NCBI GenBank assembly: GCA_018675975.1
Contig: JABGXB010000003.1
Span: 66,181 to 130,180, forward strand
Direction of reading: 5' to 3'
DNA length: 64,000 nt
Origin: Candidatus Woesearchaeota archaeon
GTDB lineage: Archaea; Nanobdellota; Nanobdellia; Woesearchaeales; JABGXB01
The notes under the pieces were generated by a model. That model was given only the letters and a program-made list of their open reading frames with translations. It did not search any database and was not told the DNA's origin. The translations under genes and the position numbers were made by a program. Below are positions 10,106 to 21,048 of the stretch, in pieces. Each line of letters opens with the position of its first letter. The first letter of the stretch is position 1.

Positions 10106-13100
10106 TAACAATACCTCCACTATTTTCACCACTACTACTACTAGTTGGACTTTCATTATTAACTTCTGTTAATGGTTGTGAAGTTTGTTGAAATAAATTT
10201 AATTTAAACTCTTGATCTTCAGCTGCATTATCACTTGCTATACTTACACTCTGTGTTGCTTTGAAATTGTCATTAATATATGCTTTAATATCTTTTGCTT
10301 CATTTATATAAGTTGTAGCATTTTGACAAAACTTTTCTAAATCTGGATTGTCATCAACTGATTTGAAACTATCTTTAATTTCATCAACAGGTAAAAATAT
10401 TTCTTTTAAATCTTTACCTTGTAATTTAGATTCTAAAACACCACATAAAATTAATTGATGGACTTTTGGACCATTTTTTAAAGATGGAGCAGGTTTACCA
10501 CCTAAACATTTTGCAAATTGATTATTGCTTCCTGTTGTATAACCAGAAACAGATAATACTTGATCACATATTTGAAATTGACCTAATAATCCACCTAATT
10601 TATCTTGTAAAAATCTTTCAGGTATTTCTTTTAATCGTCTCATTACATTATTTTTTAAATTGTCAAATAAATTTAATGAAGGTAATAATCCAGTTATTTC
10701 TCCCATAACATATTTACAATTTGCATAACTCTTAAACGCATCACATTGAGCCATATTTCCACCCAATAATCCAACATCCCATAAACAATTAATATAATTA
10801 CATTCAATTACACGCTTCCTTTCAAGACCTTTAATTATATCAGGAATACAAAATGAACCAATTGCACCTATTAATGAATTTGAAGCATCAGTTTGAGTTG
10901 GTACAAGTTCAGATTGTATTATATTTTTATCACTTTTTTCAATTTTACTAACTACATTTGAAACAGAACTTGTAATACTTTTTGAAGAATCATAAATATT
11001 TTTATTAATTTTATCAAAAGCTTTTGTCGCTAAATTACTTTTACCATTACAATTCAAATGTGTACAAGCCTTTCTAAAAAATCCAAATATACCACCTTGT
11101 TGACTTGGTTGTACTCCACTTAAACTACATCTAACTGCTTCTATACCTTTATTAAAACCAATCCATAAAGGCTCACCAACACCAACCAAATCTAATGCTT
11201 TTGCTACAATATAAACAGCAGCACGAAGTTTAGTTAAAGTATCATAAACTTTTTGACCGATTTGTGCAATTTTACAAATTTTTTCAAATTTATTTAACAT
11301 ACTTGAAAATTTACCAATCCATTTATTTGTAATAAATTTATTATTACCAGCCGCTATTATTTTATCTGCAACAGTTTCTGAAAATTTTGCACTTCTTTTA
11401 TTTACAAAACTAATAGTAAAAGTTAATTTATCATATTCACTTTGAGTATCACTAATAACTTGTGTACCAGAAACTCCTCTGATTCTAATTGGACACATTA
11501 TTGTTATTGTATCAGGTGTAGGTTCTTTTGTAGTTTTTGCTCTAACAGTTAATTGAAATCTTTTATTTCCAAATTCATCTTCATCTAATAATTTAATTTT
11601 TGGTTCGTCAATAAATTTGTATAAATCTAAATTATTTATATTTGCCCAACATCTAGAATTTTCAGGACTACCAATTTCAGTTTCAATAATTTCACCATCA
11701 GGACGTGTAGATTTAATAGAACCAAATAAAAATATACTTGGACTTGACTTATGTAATTTTGCTCTATCAAATGCTTGTGGAACCATTTTATCTATATCAT
11801 AATAAAACCAATCAGTTTCATTTACATATTCAAATACAGTAATTTCAATTGGAAATGATTTTTTATTATTTAATTTATCATAAGCATGCAAAGTTACATT
11901 ATAATATCCACTCTCTACTTCAGATTGAAATTCAAAATTACATTTGTATGGATTAATAGAAGTATCACAATTACCATTAACTAAAACAGGATTTAATGGA
12001 TCAATAGTTAAATTACTAAAATCAACATAAATACTATTAGGAGAAAGTCCAACATCAATATCACTAATTAAAGTCTCTAAAATAAATTGACTATATTGAC
12101 TAATATATCTATTATTTTTATTTTTATCTTTTTGTTCATATTTAATTAATTCAGGTTGATTATTATCTAATGTGTAAATTTTTCTTATACTTTGATCATT
12201 TAATTTTATATTTTCTTTATTTTTTGTATTTTCATCAATCATAACTGCAAATGATTCTGGTAAATTTTGTGGTAAGTTTACATCAAAATAACATTCAAAA
12301 TAACCTGATTTATTATTTGGACTAATATAAACTTCTATGCATTCATCTTTTGTAAATGTAATACCTTCACTTGGTTTTATACCAATTGAATTAATATCTA
12401 ATTTTGAAACATCCCAATCAATTTTTACTTTAATTGTATTTGGAAAATTAGATGAATAATATGATAAACCTTCAAAAAATATATTTTTTTCAGGAAATGT
12501 ATCAGGTTGATTAGTTGGAGACAATTCACTTTGAGCTATTGTTTCTGTAATTACTTGACCAATGTCAATACTTGTTATCACAGGTCCTGCACGTGCAAAA
12601 TCAATACTATAATCTGCATTATATTCAAGTGTGGCAATATTTGGATCATTAGATACTATTGAAAAAGATAAACTTGCAGTTTGTAAAAAATTAACTTCAT
12701 GTGTACAATAAATATTAACTCCTTTATTTTCAGCTTCTAATTTTGTATCTTGAGCATTATAATATACAGCTTTAATTCCAGAAAATGCTGAAGTATTTAC
12801 ACATAAATTTACTATTTCTGGTTTAGTTTGTATATTAATAAAATCTAATTTTGTTTTTGAATAAACTAGATTATTTTTTACACAAATTTCACAAAAATCA
12901 ATAAATTTACTAATATGTTCAGTTATTGAATTACCAAATACATCACTTACAATTATATCAGTATCAAATGAAAATTCTCCTTGTAAATTAGATGAATCAA
13001 TATAATCTTTAATATCAAAAATTATATTTTCATTACATTTACTATTAGTAAAATCTAAATTAATATTATAAGCTGAAAATGTAATATTTTTTAATCCAGA

Positions 13101-13637
13101 ACAAGTTCCTTCAAATAAATCATCTATTGTTAAATTAATTTTTGTAATTTCATCCATATCACTTATTTCTAAAATTGGAATATGATTATCTAAAACTCCT
13201 TTTGATTCAATAATTAAACCAGCAGTGCCATATAAACTTATTATCATTTCTTCTGGTCTATTATTTAATTGATTTGAAATGGTACATTCTAAATTATTAG
13301 TTCCAGCAATTATTGAACAATCAGTATCGGGATCGAAATGATATCCATTCCATGAATGAGGAATTTGTGAAACTGTAGTTGCAGTACTTCTCAATTCAAT
13401 TGAATTAAAAAAATCTTTTAATTCTTGACTTGAACTTCCTAAATTAAATAATATATCATCATCATTAAATTCAAAAATAGCATTAATTTTGATTTCATCC
13501 TGTTCTTTATATACACCATCAATTTCATCAAAACCACTAATTGATAATTTATATTTTTGTGAAGTTAATTCTGCGCTAACTAAAGAAACTGTAAAAATCA
13601 ATACAAAAATAATTAAAATTAATTTGTTTAATTTCAT
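10095..13637 (-). CDS. Large secreted protein with Ig-like repeats and a Cys-rich helical C-terminal region
   Basis: Signal peptide, Ig-like motifs (LDNNQP, AYDKLNN, VSDVFGN) and a Cys-rich C-terminal third. Confidence 0.7.
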   Translation of the reverse strand: MKLNKLILIIFVLIFTVSLVSAELTSQKYKLSISGFDEIDGVYKEQDEIKINAIFEFNDDDILFNLGSSSQELKDFFNSIELRSTATTVSQIPHSWNGYHFDPDTDCSIIAGTNNLECTISNQLNNRPEEMIISLYGTAGLIIESKGVLDNHIPILEISDMDEITKINLTIDDLFEGTCSGLKNITFSAYNINLDFTNSKCNENIIFDIKDYIDSSNLQGEFSFDTDIIVSDVFGNSITEHISKFIDFCEICVKNNLVYSKTKLDFINIQTKPEIVNLCVNTSAFSGIKAVYYNAQDTKLEAENKGVNIYCTHEVNFLQTASLSFSIVSNDPNIATLEYNADYSIDFARAGPVITSIDIGQVITETIAQSELSPTNQPDTFPEKNIFFEGLSYYSSNFPNTIKVKIDWDVSKLDINSIGIKPSEGITFTKDECIEVYISPNNKSGYFECYFDVNLPQNLPESFAVMIDENTKNKENIKLNDQSIRKIYTLDNNQPELIKYEQKDKNKNNRYISQYSQFILETLISDIDVGLSPNSIYVDFSNLTIDPLNPVLVNGNCDTSINPYKCNFEFQSEVESGYYNVTLHAYDKLNNKKSFPIEITVFEYVNETDWFYYDIDKMVPQAFDRAKLHKSSPSIFLFGSIKSTRPDGEIIETEIGSPENSRCWANINNLDLYKFIDEPKIKLLDEDEFGNKRFQLTVRAKTTKEPTPDTITIMCPIRIRGVSGTQVISDTQSEYDKLTFTISFVNKRSAKFSETVADKIIAAGNNKFITNKWIGKFSSMLNKFEKICKIAQIGQKVYDTLTKLRAAVYIVAKALDLVGVGEPLWIGFNKGIEAVRCSLSGVQPSQQGGIFGFFRKACTHLNCNGKSNLATKAFDKINKNIYDSSKSITSSVSNVVSKIEKSDKNIIQSELVPTQTDASNSLIGAIGSFCIPDIIKGLERKRVIECNYINCLWDVGLLGGNMAQCDAFKSYANCKYVMGEITGLLPSLNLFDNLKNNVMRRLKEIPERFLQDKLGGLLGQFQICDQVLSVSGYTTGSNNQFAKCLGGKPAPSLKNGPKVHQLILCGVLESKLQGKDLKEIFLPVDEIKDSFKSVDDNPDLEKFCQNATTYINEAKDIKAYINDNFKATQSVSIASDNAAEDQEFKLNLFQQTSQPLTEVNNESPTSSSSGENSGGIVSEN

Positions 13638-15949
13638 TTAATAGCACCCTCATAAACCCATTTTGGTGTTAATCCAGTTCCAGACATTAATTTATTTTTT
13701 TCATAAAATATTGAAGAAAATTTAGGAATATCTTTAATTGATCTTGGTGGAAATGCAAATGTTGGAAATATAAATAATGTTGAATCAGTATTTGCTAAAT
13801 GCATATTTTTTTTAACATTTAAAACAGCATCTAAAATTCCATAAGGAATTTCAGTTAATACTATATGTCCTTCCTCTTCTTTTCTTTTAATATCTTCATC
13901 AGTAAAATCCCCTACAATCAATTTAAATGTATAATCCGTTTCACCATTTTTTTCATATAAAGCAGGAATTAATTTAATATAATTCCCATCCACTTTATAA
14001 AAACCAGGAATTAATTTTATTTCTTGTAAACTTCTGTCATCAGGACCAGTATAAATAGATTCAAAAAATTCAGGATCATTTAAATTATCTTGTATACGCT
14101 CAAGTCTCACTTCAGCCATTTCATCTGGTTCTACATTTAATAATAATGTTGACATTGAATGACCTTGATCAATAACTAAGTCTAAACTTCCATGTAATAT
14201 TTTTTTAAAATCATAATTAAATTTTCTAACCTTAGCTAATGTAAAATTTAATTCTTCATTAAAATTTCCAAATAGCATATCACCAATATCAAATTTACGA
14301 TTTTCATAATTTTCATCTACAAAAGTAATTTTAGCATTCATACAAGTTGGAAAATAATGAAATCCATTTGTTTCTTGATCAATATAACAACTTATATCAT
14401 CAATACCACCATCACAGCTATAAATAAATTCTGGAACTTTATCTAAAAGAAGTTCATCATCATCAAATACATTTATTTTTGTTTTTAATATATGTTGAGT
14501 TTCATCACAAAATTGTGTAATTATTTGGTCCTCTTCATCAGATTCCACACTTATTAATGTTTGAGGTAAATTAATTTCCACATTATTACTTTTCACATTA
14601 ACTTCATATGCAGTTGTAAATGTAAATCCTTTCTTTCCAACTTTTGAATTTACAAATGCATCATCATCATCGATTTCAACAATAACTGGATATGAAAAAG
14701 AATATGAAAAATCATAAATCGTTTCTTGCAATTTTGCAAAATCAATATAATTGTCATAAGTTACCCCAGTAAGAAACTTATTTGCCCAAGCTTGATCAAT
14801 TTTAAAATAAGTAGGCCAACCTAAATAAAACATATTTACACCTAAATGTGAATAATCATCTCTCAATATATCATATGTATTTAATTCATGAGCAGCATTT
14901 TCAAATTGAGAAATTAATTGAGCTGTATGCCCAGTATCTTCAATTATATTTGATTGAGATACATTAATATAATTTTTTGTTCTAGGAAAATTTAAATCTT
15001 GTATACTTGACATCAAATTATATTCAAATATATTTTTAATAAAAGGAATTGACCATTTTACTGGTCTTTGATTTGTTGATACTTCATATATTGGAGGTAA
15101 TTGATCAGTTTCCAAACCACTATTTTCAAAAATCATTTGCATTGTATATTCAGATAAAAATGGTTTATTATTAAACAATTGAGTATTAATATCATATGCA
15201 ATTTCATATGCATCTTTAAAGTCTACATCTATTTCGTCAATGAAATAATCTAATTTCTGATTTAATTCACCATTATTAATATTTAATTTCAAATCTAAAA
15301 ATAAATTAATATAACCATCATTTATTGTAACTAATGGCCTAAAGTTTTCATCATAACTAATTTCAAAACCTTGTTCTTTAAATACATTAAAGTCATTTAA
15401 ACATAAATTAAGATTATGATAAACATATCTATCTAATTGTGCTTCAATAGAATGATCTTTTTGATATTCTTGTATAGTTAAATCTAAATTATTACTTTGA
15501 TAATTTCTTTTTAATTTTGGAACTAATTTATTTGAAAGTCTTATTCTATCGACTTGATTTGGATTTTTATTATACGACCAATAAGGTATATCAAAACCAT
15601 CTTTTATCAATCTACTACTCTCAGTTGAATCATCTATATCCGTTCTTGATAATTCATTATATATTCCACCATCAGAACCAGTTCCATATATTTTTCTATC
15701 TTTTAAATCTACATAACCGCCATGTAAACCTGCACTTATTATTCCATTATACGCAATATTGTTTAAACATTCTTTTACAAAAACTTGAATGGGAATAAAA
15801 GTATCTGCCACAATAGATTCTTCTGGTAATTCAATACCCTTATTCAAATTTGTTTTATTATTTGTATTAATTACATAGAGAGTTATTGAAGATAAAACTA
15901 ATAGAATCAAACCCATAATTATAAAAACGCTTACTTGTGCTTTACGCAT
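13634..15949 (-). CDS. Class III (pilin-type) signal-peptide surface protein
   Basis: N-terminus MRKAQ-VSVFIIMGLILLVL. Paralog of 26063..28153. Confidence 0.75.
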   Translation of the reverse strand: MRKAQVSVFIIMGLILLVLSSITLYVINTNNKTNLNKGIELPEESIVADTFIPIQVFVKECLNNIAYNGIISAGLHGGYVDLKDRKIYGTGSDGGIYNELSRTDIDDSTESSRLIKDGFDIPYWSYNKNPNQVDRIRLSNKLVPKLKRNYQSNNLDLTIQEYQKDHSIEAQLDRYVYHNLNLCLNDFNVFKEQGFEISYDENFRPLVTINDGYINLFLDLKLNINNGELNQKLDYFIDEIDVDFKDAYEIAYDINTQLFNNKPFLSEYTMQMIFENSGLETDQLPPIYEVSTNQRPVKWSIPFIKNIFEYNLMSSIQDLNFPRTKNYINVSQSNIIEDTGHTAQLISQFENAAHELNTYDILRDDYSHLGVNMFYLGWPTYFKIDQAWANKFLTGVTYDNYIDFAKLQETIYDFSYSFSYPVIVEIDDDDAFVNSKVGKKGFTFTTAYEVNVKSNNVEINLPQTLISVESDEEDQIITQFCDETQHILKTKINVFDDDELLLDKVPEFIYSCDGGIDDISCYIDQETNGFHYFPTCMNAKITFVDENYENRKFDIGDMLFGNFNEELNFTLAKVRKFNYDFKKILHGSLDLVIDQGHSMSTLLLNVEPDEMAEVRLERIQDNLNDPEFFESIYTGPDDRSLQEIKLIPGFYKVDGNYIKLIPALYEKNGETDYTFKLIVGDFTDEDIKRKEEEGHIVLTEIPYGILDAVLNVKKNMHLANTDSTLFIFPTFAFPPRSIKDIPKFSSIFYEKNKLMSGTGLTPKWVYEGAIK

Positions 15950-16235
15950 GATACCCCTTAAATAAAAATATGAAATTTCATTTATAAATGTTCCTCAAAA
16001 AAATTACATTTGTAAATAAGCTAGATTTGATATAGTGAGAATTAATATGTTATTAAATCAAATTAAAATAGTAAAATTCTAATATTAATTATTAATAATA
16101 ATTTCCAAGAATAAAAAATCAATTTTTGTAAACAATATTATCAAAATTAAACTAAATTTAAGAAAATTGTTAGATAATTTTTATAAAGCAAATAATCAAT
16201 AAAAAACTGAAGACAAAAAATTCCAGCAAGAAAGT

Positions 16236-16282
16236 AAAATACCAATTGGGCGCCGTATAAAACATTCACCAATTGGTATTTT
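16236..16282. repeat. Perfect 14-bp inverted repeat in a long intergenic region
   Basis: AAAATACCAATTGG-N19-CCAATTGGTATTTT, followed by a T-run. Confidence 0.8.
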
Positions 16283-16428
16283 TTTTATTATAATATGTGT
16301 TAACCGGAATAAATATTAAGCATAAATAATATATAAATATTTCTTTTTTATAATTAAATTTAAAGCTATATAAAAAACATCCAATAATCTTTCAAAAATT
16401 TTATATAAACAAATTAATAAAAAATTAT

Positions 16429-16698
16429 ATGGTTTTAGAAAATTATCCTAATTTTAAAAAATGGACTTTTTATGCAATTGTAATTTGGATTTTTTCAATT
16501 ATTGCTTATAGTTTTTGTTTTGGAAATGTTTCAGGCTGGGGTCAATTAGGTTGCACATATTTTTTATTTCCAACTATTCCAATTTTAATTGATATAGAGG
16601 TTTCATTACCTTTAGAATTAATTAATTTAATCGTACTTATTTTGTTAGGTGGATTAATTGGTTTTATTAAAGATAAAAGATCATTATCTAAAAATTAA
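16429..16698 (+). CDS. Small membrane protein
   Basis: Two to three hydrophobic segments, with TTTTATATAA about 25 nt upstream. Confidence 0.6.
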   Translation: MVLENYPNFKKWTFYAIVIWIFSIIAYSFCFGNVSGWGQLGCTYFLFPTIPILIDIEVSLPLELINLIVLILLGGLIGFIKDKRSLSKN

Positions 16699-16705
16699 TG
16701 AATAT

Positions 16706-17188
16706 TTATAATTCTCTAGATAAATAAACAATATTTTCAATTTTATTTTCTTTTATTAAAACATATCCTGATTTTTTATAAAAATCAATTGTTCTTTTAT
16801 TTTTGTACATTGTTGTCGTTAAAGTATTATTAGTAATTTTCATTTTTTTCAAATATTTCCACTGAAATAAAGTTAATTCTTTACCTATACCAAAACTTCG
16901 ATAAATATCTAAAACATATAATTCACTTAAATAACTATTCTGTTTATTTTCTTTATCATCATGAGTAACATGAAGATAACCAATTGGCAAAGAATTGTGA
17001 TATGCAATAAAATATTTATTATCATTTTTTTTCAAATATTCTTTCATAAATTTCACAGAATTTTGAATATTTTCAATAGTATAATGTACACCAGAATCTA
17101 AATGCGAATCATGTTTAAGTAATAATAATCTAAAAAACATTAATTCTTCAAAATTATCTTTGGAAGCTTCTTTAATTGTAATTTTCAT
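16706..17188 (-). CDS. GNAT-family N-acetyltransferase
   Basis: LSELYVLDIYRSFGIGKEL (motif A) and N..TIDFYKKSGY (motif B). Confidence 0.85.
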   Translation of the reverse strand: MKITIKEASKDNFEELMFFRLLLLKHDSHLDSGVHYTIENIQNSVKFMKEYLKKNDNKYFIAYHNSLPIGYLHVTHDDKENKQNSYLSELYVLDIYRSFGIGKELTLFQWKYLKKMKITNNTLTTTMYKNKRTIDFYKKSGYVLIKENKIENIVYLSREL

Positions 17189-17243
17189 AATTTAAGTTAT
17201 ATATTCAGACTTATAAAAACTATCCTTGATATATATAATAAAA

Positions 17244-18497
17244 TTAATCTAAATCATTTGCAAAACTAACTTCTTCATCCCAATAACTTGGTAAAGTATT
17301 ATAAGGATTTGGCATTACGTCATCAGTAATAAATAAATAATTCACATTTAAATCATCTGAAATATTAGTTACATTGGAAAATGAAGTTGCATTATGTACA
17401 ATATGCCAGAATCTATATTTAGTATAATTAGATACCCAAGCAGGTTCTGTAACTGATGTATAAGCATCATAATCATCTTCAAAAGATAATATTATGTCAC
17501 TAACATTCATATATTCTTCATCAGGATAAACTCCTGGATTTAATATTATTGTTCCATTAATATAATCAGATAAATTTTGATAATAAGTATCCCAACCAGA
17601 AGGTACTTCATCTAAAAAAATATTTGTTATATTATAAAAATCATTATAGAGACTTATATTTGCTTTTACTACATCTATATCTCTTGCTCCATAACTTGTA
17701 AAAATATATCCATAAAGCTCTTTATCACTATGTTCTTGAACTTTAGTTACATAATTTGCATCTGGTGAGGTTCCAGGTCCACTATTTGGATTAATAATTA
17801 GAATTTCAATATTAGTTAAATTATCCCATAAAGCACTTGGATAAAAATAAACTGGAACTGCAATATCATAAGTATCAACTGGCATAGTAAAATTACAATC
17901 TGCATTTACTCTTACTGCTAAACCTAATCCTAATAAATCAGATGTAATTGATCTTTGTCTAATCCATTCTTGATTTGCTGAATCATAATAATATGATTGT
18001 GCCACTTGACAATCACCTTGAAAATTTGAAAGATTTCTATTTATCATTAAATTATTAATTGAAATTAAATTCCAACCTTCAGTCAAAGAATAACTTTCAT
18101 TTAAAATTGAACTTCTTTTTTCTTGATCTTGTTTTGATAATATACTTATATTAGTTGAAAATGAAGTTGCTGAAAAAACCCAACAAGCCCTAGTTGGCAT
18201 ATAATTAGTTGCATTAATTCCTTGAGTGGATAAATTAGAAAAATAATTATTATATGTATTATTTCCCCCATCATATTCATATGATAATAAAGCATAACTC
18301 GTATTAAAAGGTGAATTAAAATAATATAATAAATCTTGACTCAGATTTCCAGGACTTACTAATCTTTCTTTAGAAATATTAAAATCTAATAAATTCCATC
18401 CCGCATTTATTGTAAGTTCTACAGAACTAGAAAATGATGAGAATAGTGATAAAAATAATAATAATAAAATAATTGTACTATAAAAACCCCTTTTCAT
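17244..18497 (-). CDS. Secreted protein with C-terminal spherulin-4 / GH135-like domain
   Basis: Signal peptide and two GWNL modules, then VPVYFYP, IINPNSGPG, GYIFTSYG, IFLDE, ILNPG and SFE, as in the spherulation-specific family 4. Confidence 0.75.
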   Translation of the reverse strand: MKRGFYSTIILLLLFLSLFSSFSSSVELTINAGWNLLDFNISKERLVSPGNLSQDLLYYFNSPFNTSYALLSYEYDGGNNTYNNYFSNLSTQGINATNYMPTRACWVFSATSFSTNISILSKQDQEKRSSILNESYSLTEGWNLISINNLMINRNLSNFQGDCQVAQSYYYDSANQEWIRQRSITSDLLGLGLAVRVNADCNFTMPVDTYDIAVPVYFYPSALWDNLTNIEILIINPNSGPGTSPDANYVTKVQEHSDKELYGYIFTSYGARDIDVVKANISLYNDFYNITNIFLDEVPSGWDTYYQNLSDYINGTIILNPGVYPDEEYMNVSDIILSFEDDYDAYTSVTEPAWVSNYTKYRFWHIVHNATSFSNVTNISDDLNVNYLFITDDVMPNPYNTLPSYWDEEVSFANDLD

Positions 18498-18531
18498 ATT
18501 TAATTTTATTATATTTAATTTATATAAGTTT

Positions 18532-18768
18532 TTATTTTGTACATTCAGTTATATTAATATCATTACAATAATCAAAACCATTACAAATATATTGTTGAGG
18601 ATAACTCTCCATTATTATTAATTCACCAAAACAATTACAATCATTAAAATAATTTTCACACATATCTTTATCTAAACTAAATTCCCTATAATCATTTTTA
18701 ATAGAAACTAAATAAGATAATAATAAAACAAAAATTAAAATTAATAAAAAAATAGAACTTTTTTTCAT
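18532..18768 (-). CDS. Small membrane-anchored Cys-rich protein
   Basis: N-terminal hydrophobic helix and six Cys. Confidence 0.55.
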   Translation of the reverse strand: MKKSSIFLLILIFVLLLSYLVSIKNDYREFSLDKDMCENYFNDCNCFGELIIMESYPQQYICNGFDYCNDINITECTK

Positions 18769-18769
18769 T

Positions 18770-19777
18770 TTAATCAATAATATTTATATTGTTTTTATTT
18801 ACAAATCCTAAAATATTTTCAATAGTTGCATTATCAATCCTCTCAACTGCTTCTTTTGAATAAAATGCAATGTGAGGTGTATAAACTACATTATTTCTAG
18901 ATAATAAATCATGATCTTTTAATAATTCTTTTAATGCTAAATTCGAAGTATTATCATGCAATAATTCTTTTTCTTCTTTTATTAATTGTTCACCTTCAAT
19001 TACATCCAATGCTACACCAGATAATATTTTTTTATTTAAACCATAAATAAGTGCATCAGTACTTACAATACCACCTCTAGAAGTATTAATTAATATTGCA
19101 CCTTTTTTTACTAATTTCATATTTTGTTTATTTATCAAATGTTTAGTATTTTTATTTAATGGACAATGTATTGTAATAATATCAGATTTTTTTAATAATT
19201 CATTTAATTTAACAAATTTAAAATCAAAAACTTCTAATAAAAAATTATCAGGATGAGAATCATTAACTAAAATATCCATTCCAAAACCATGAGCAATTTT
19301 AATTACATGATGACCAATATGACCTGCACCAATAACCCCAATTGTTTTATTTCTTAAATCAAAACCTTGTAATCCATCAATTGAATAATCACATTTTAAT
19401 GATCGAATATAAGATTTATGTACATTTCGTGACAATGATAAAATTAATGCAAAAGTATGTTCAGCAACTGTATTTTCACCATAAATTGGAACATTACAAA
19501 CAGTTATTTTTCTTTTTTTACATTCTTTTATATCAATGTGATCATAACCAGTTGAACGTGTAGTAATTAATTTTAAATTTGGTAATTGTCTAAGAATTTT
19601 TTTATCAACTTTACAATTAATAAAAATTGAAATGATATCAAAGTTTTTAATTTTAGATACATTATCAAGAGAAATTGATTCATTAAAAAATTTCAAAGTA
19701 AATTGCTTTAATTTCTTTTTAAAATAATTTTGTTCATTATCTTTAAGACCAAAAAAAGCAATTTTTAATTTTTTCAT
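18770..19777 (-). CDS. D-isomer-specific 2-hydroxyacid (D-lactate) dehydrogenase
   Basis: Motifs RSTGYDHID, VAEH, GVIGAGHIG, LINTSRG, LDVIEGE and TPHIAFYS. Confidence 0.9.
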   Translation of the reverse strand: MKKLKIAFFGLKDNEQNYFKKKLKQFTLKFFNESISLDNVSKIKNFDIISIFINCKVDKKILRQLPNLKLITTRSTGYDHIDIKECKKRKITVCNVPIYGENTVAEHTFALILSLSRNVHKSYIRSLKCDYSIDGLQGFDLRNKTIGVIGAGHIGHHVIKIAHGFGMDILVNDSHPDNFLLEVFDFKFVKLNELLKKSDIITIHCPLNKNTKHLINKQNMKLVKKGAILINTSRGGIVSTDALIYGLNKKILSGVALDVIEGEQLIKEEKELLHDNTSNLALKELLKDHDLLSRNNVVYTPHIAFYSKEAVERIDNATIENILGFVNKNNINIID

Positions 19778-20286
19778 TAACAAGTCTCCATGGTATTTGC
19801 CATAAAATCATTATTACCTTGCCAACATATTGCATCACAATCTGCATCAGGACTATTATCATTACAATCATTCCAACAAGTTCCATATTCAGGCCAAATA
19901 CACGTACCACAAAAATCCTTATCACCACAACAATAATTACTACAAGTTTCATAAGTTAAATTTCTAATGGTTTCCCCTTCTTCAGTATCTTCAGATCCAA
20001 TAGAAGTATCAAAATCAATAACTACTTCAGGTTTTTCTTCTTTTTCAAATTTTACTTCAATAACTTCAGCCTCACGATTTTCTAATGCTTCTTTTTCAAT
20101 CATTTCCTGTTTAATTAATTCTTTTTCAATCTGTTCCTCTTCAGAAAGAATATCAGTTTTATCATCTATAATTTCATTAGCCTCATCAACAACTGTTTCA
20201 TTAATAGGACTAACCTCTTGATTAGAACAACCAATTAAAAAAATACTAAATACTAAAATCAGAAATAAATATAGTTTAATTTTCAT
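19777..20286 (-). CDS. Secreted/lipoprotein-like protein with acidic linker and Cys-rich tail
   Basis: Signal ending LIGC, a Glu-rich region and a Cys-rich C-terminus. TAATG coupling to the next gene. Confidence 0.6.
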   Translation of the reverse strand: MKIKLYLFLILVFSIFLIGCSNQEVSPINETVVDEANEIIDDKTDILSEEEQIEKELIKQEMIEKEALENREAEVIEVKFEKEEKPEVVIDFDTSIGSEDTEEGETIRNLTYETCSNYCCGDKDFCGTCIWPEYGTCWNDCNDNSPDADCDAICWQGNNDFMANTMETC

Positions 20287-20385
20287 TTAATAACCTCTTA
20301 TAAAAATTATAGTATTTTACTTTTTAAAGCTTACTTTAAGACCATTAATAGAATACTTTAAAAATAAACTAAAAATCATACAAAT

Positions 20386-21048
20386 ATGAATGCAAGAAAA
20401 ATGAGTTTTCACTCAAATAGTAATATAGGATTATTTGCCTATGTAAATGAAAAATTTTGTTTAATTGGTAATGTAATAACCGAAGAACAAAAAAAAGAAA
20501 TTGAGGAAACTTTAGAAGTTCCAGTATATGAAATATTAATTGCAGGTACGCCATTAATTGGAATATTTGTAAATGGAAATGAAGATAAAATAATAATTCC
20601 AAGTATAACAAAAAAGGAAGAATTAGAAAAATTAGATGAACTTCAAATTGAATATCAAATAGTAGATTCAAAATATACGGCTTTAGGAAATAATATATTA
20701 ATTGGAAATAATCAAGCATTTGTAAATCAAAATTTAGAAAAAGAAGCAATTAAACAAATTGAAGATTTTTTAAAAATAAAATTACATAATATAGATTTAG
20801 GAGAATTAGATACATTAGGATCAATTGGAGTAATTCATAATGATACAGGAGTAATTGGGGAATTTATTGGTCAAAATAAATTAAATAATTTAAATAAAAT
20901 AAGTGATATTAAATTTTCTTTAGGGACAATTAATCAAGGTAGTGATTATATTAAAAGTGGAATTTTTAAAAATTCTAAAGGGTTTGTTATAGGAGAAATG
21001 ACAAGCGGTGTAGAGATAATTAATATTGAACAGGAATTATTTAGATGA
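20386..21048 (+). CDS. eif6: Translation initiation factor aIF-6
   Basis: Motifs SNIGLF, IAGTPLIG, TALGNNIL, GTINQGS and TSGVE. Confidence 0.9.
   Translation: MNARKMSFHSNSNIGLFAYVNEKFCLIGNVITEEQKKEIEETLEVPVYEILIAGTPLIGIFVNGNEDKIIIPSITKKEELEKLDELQIEYQIVDSKYTALGNNILIGNNQAFVNQNLEKEAIKQIEDFLKIKLHNIDLGELDTLGSIGVIHNDTGVIGEFIGQNKLNNLNKISDIKFSLGTINQGSDYIKSGIFKNSKGFVIGEMTSGVEIINIEQELFR

Noticed and set aside
16221..16234. ORB-like TTCCAGCAAGAAA suggesting a replication origin
   Set aside because: Single weak match with no G-string, no repeats and no cdc6/orc1 nearby.
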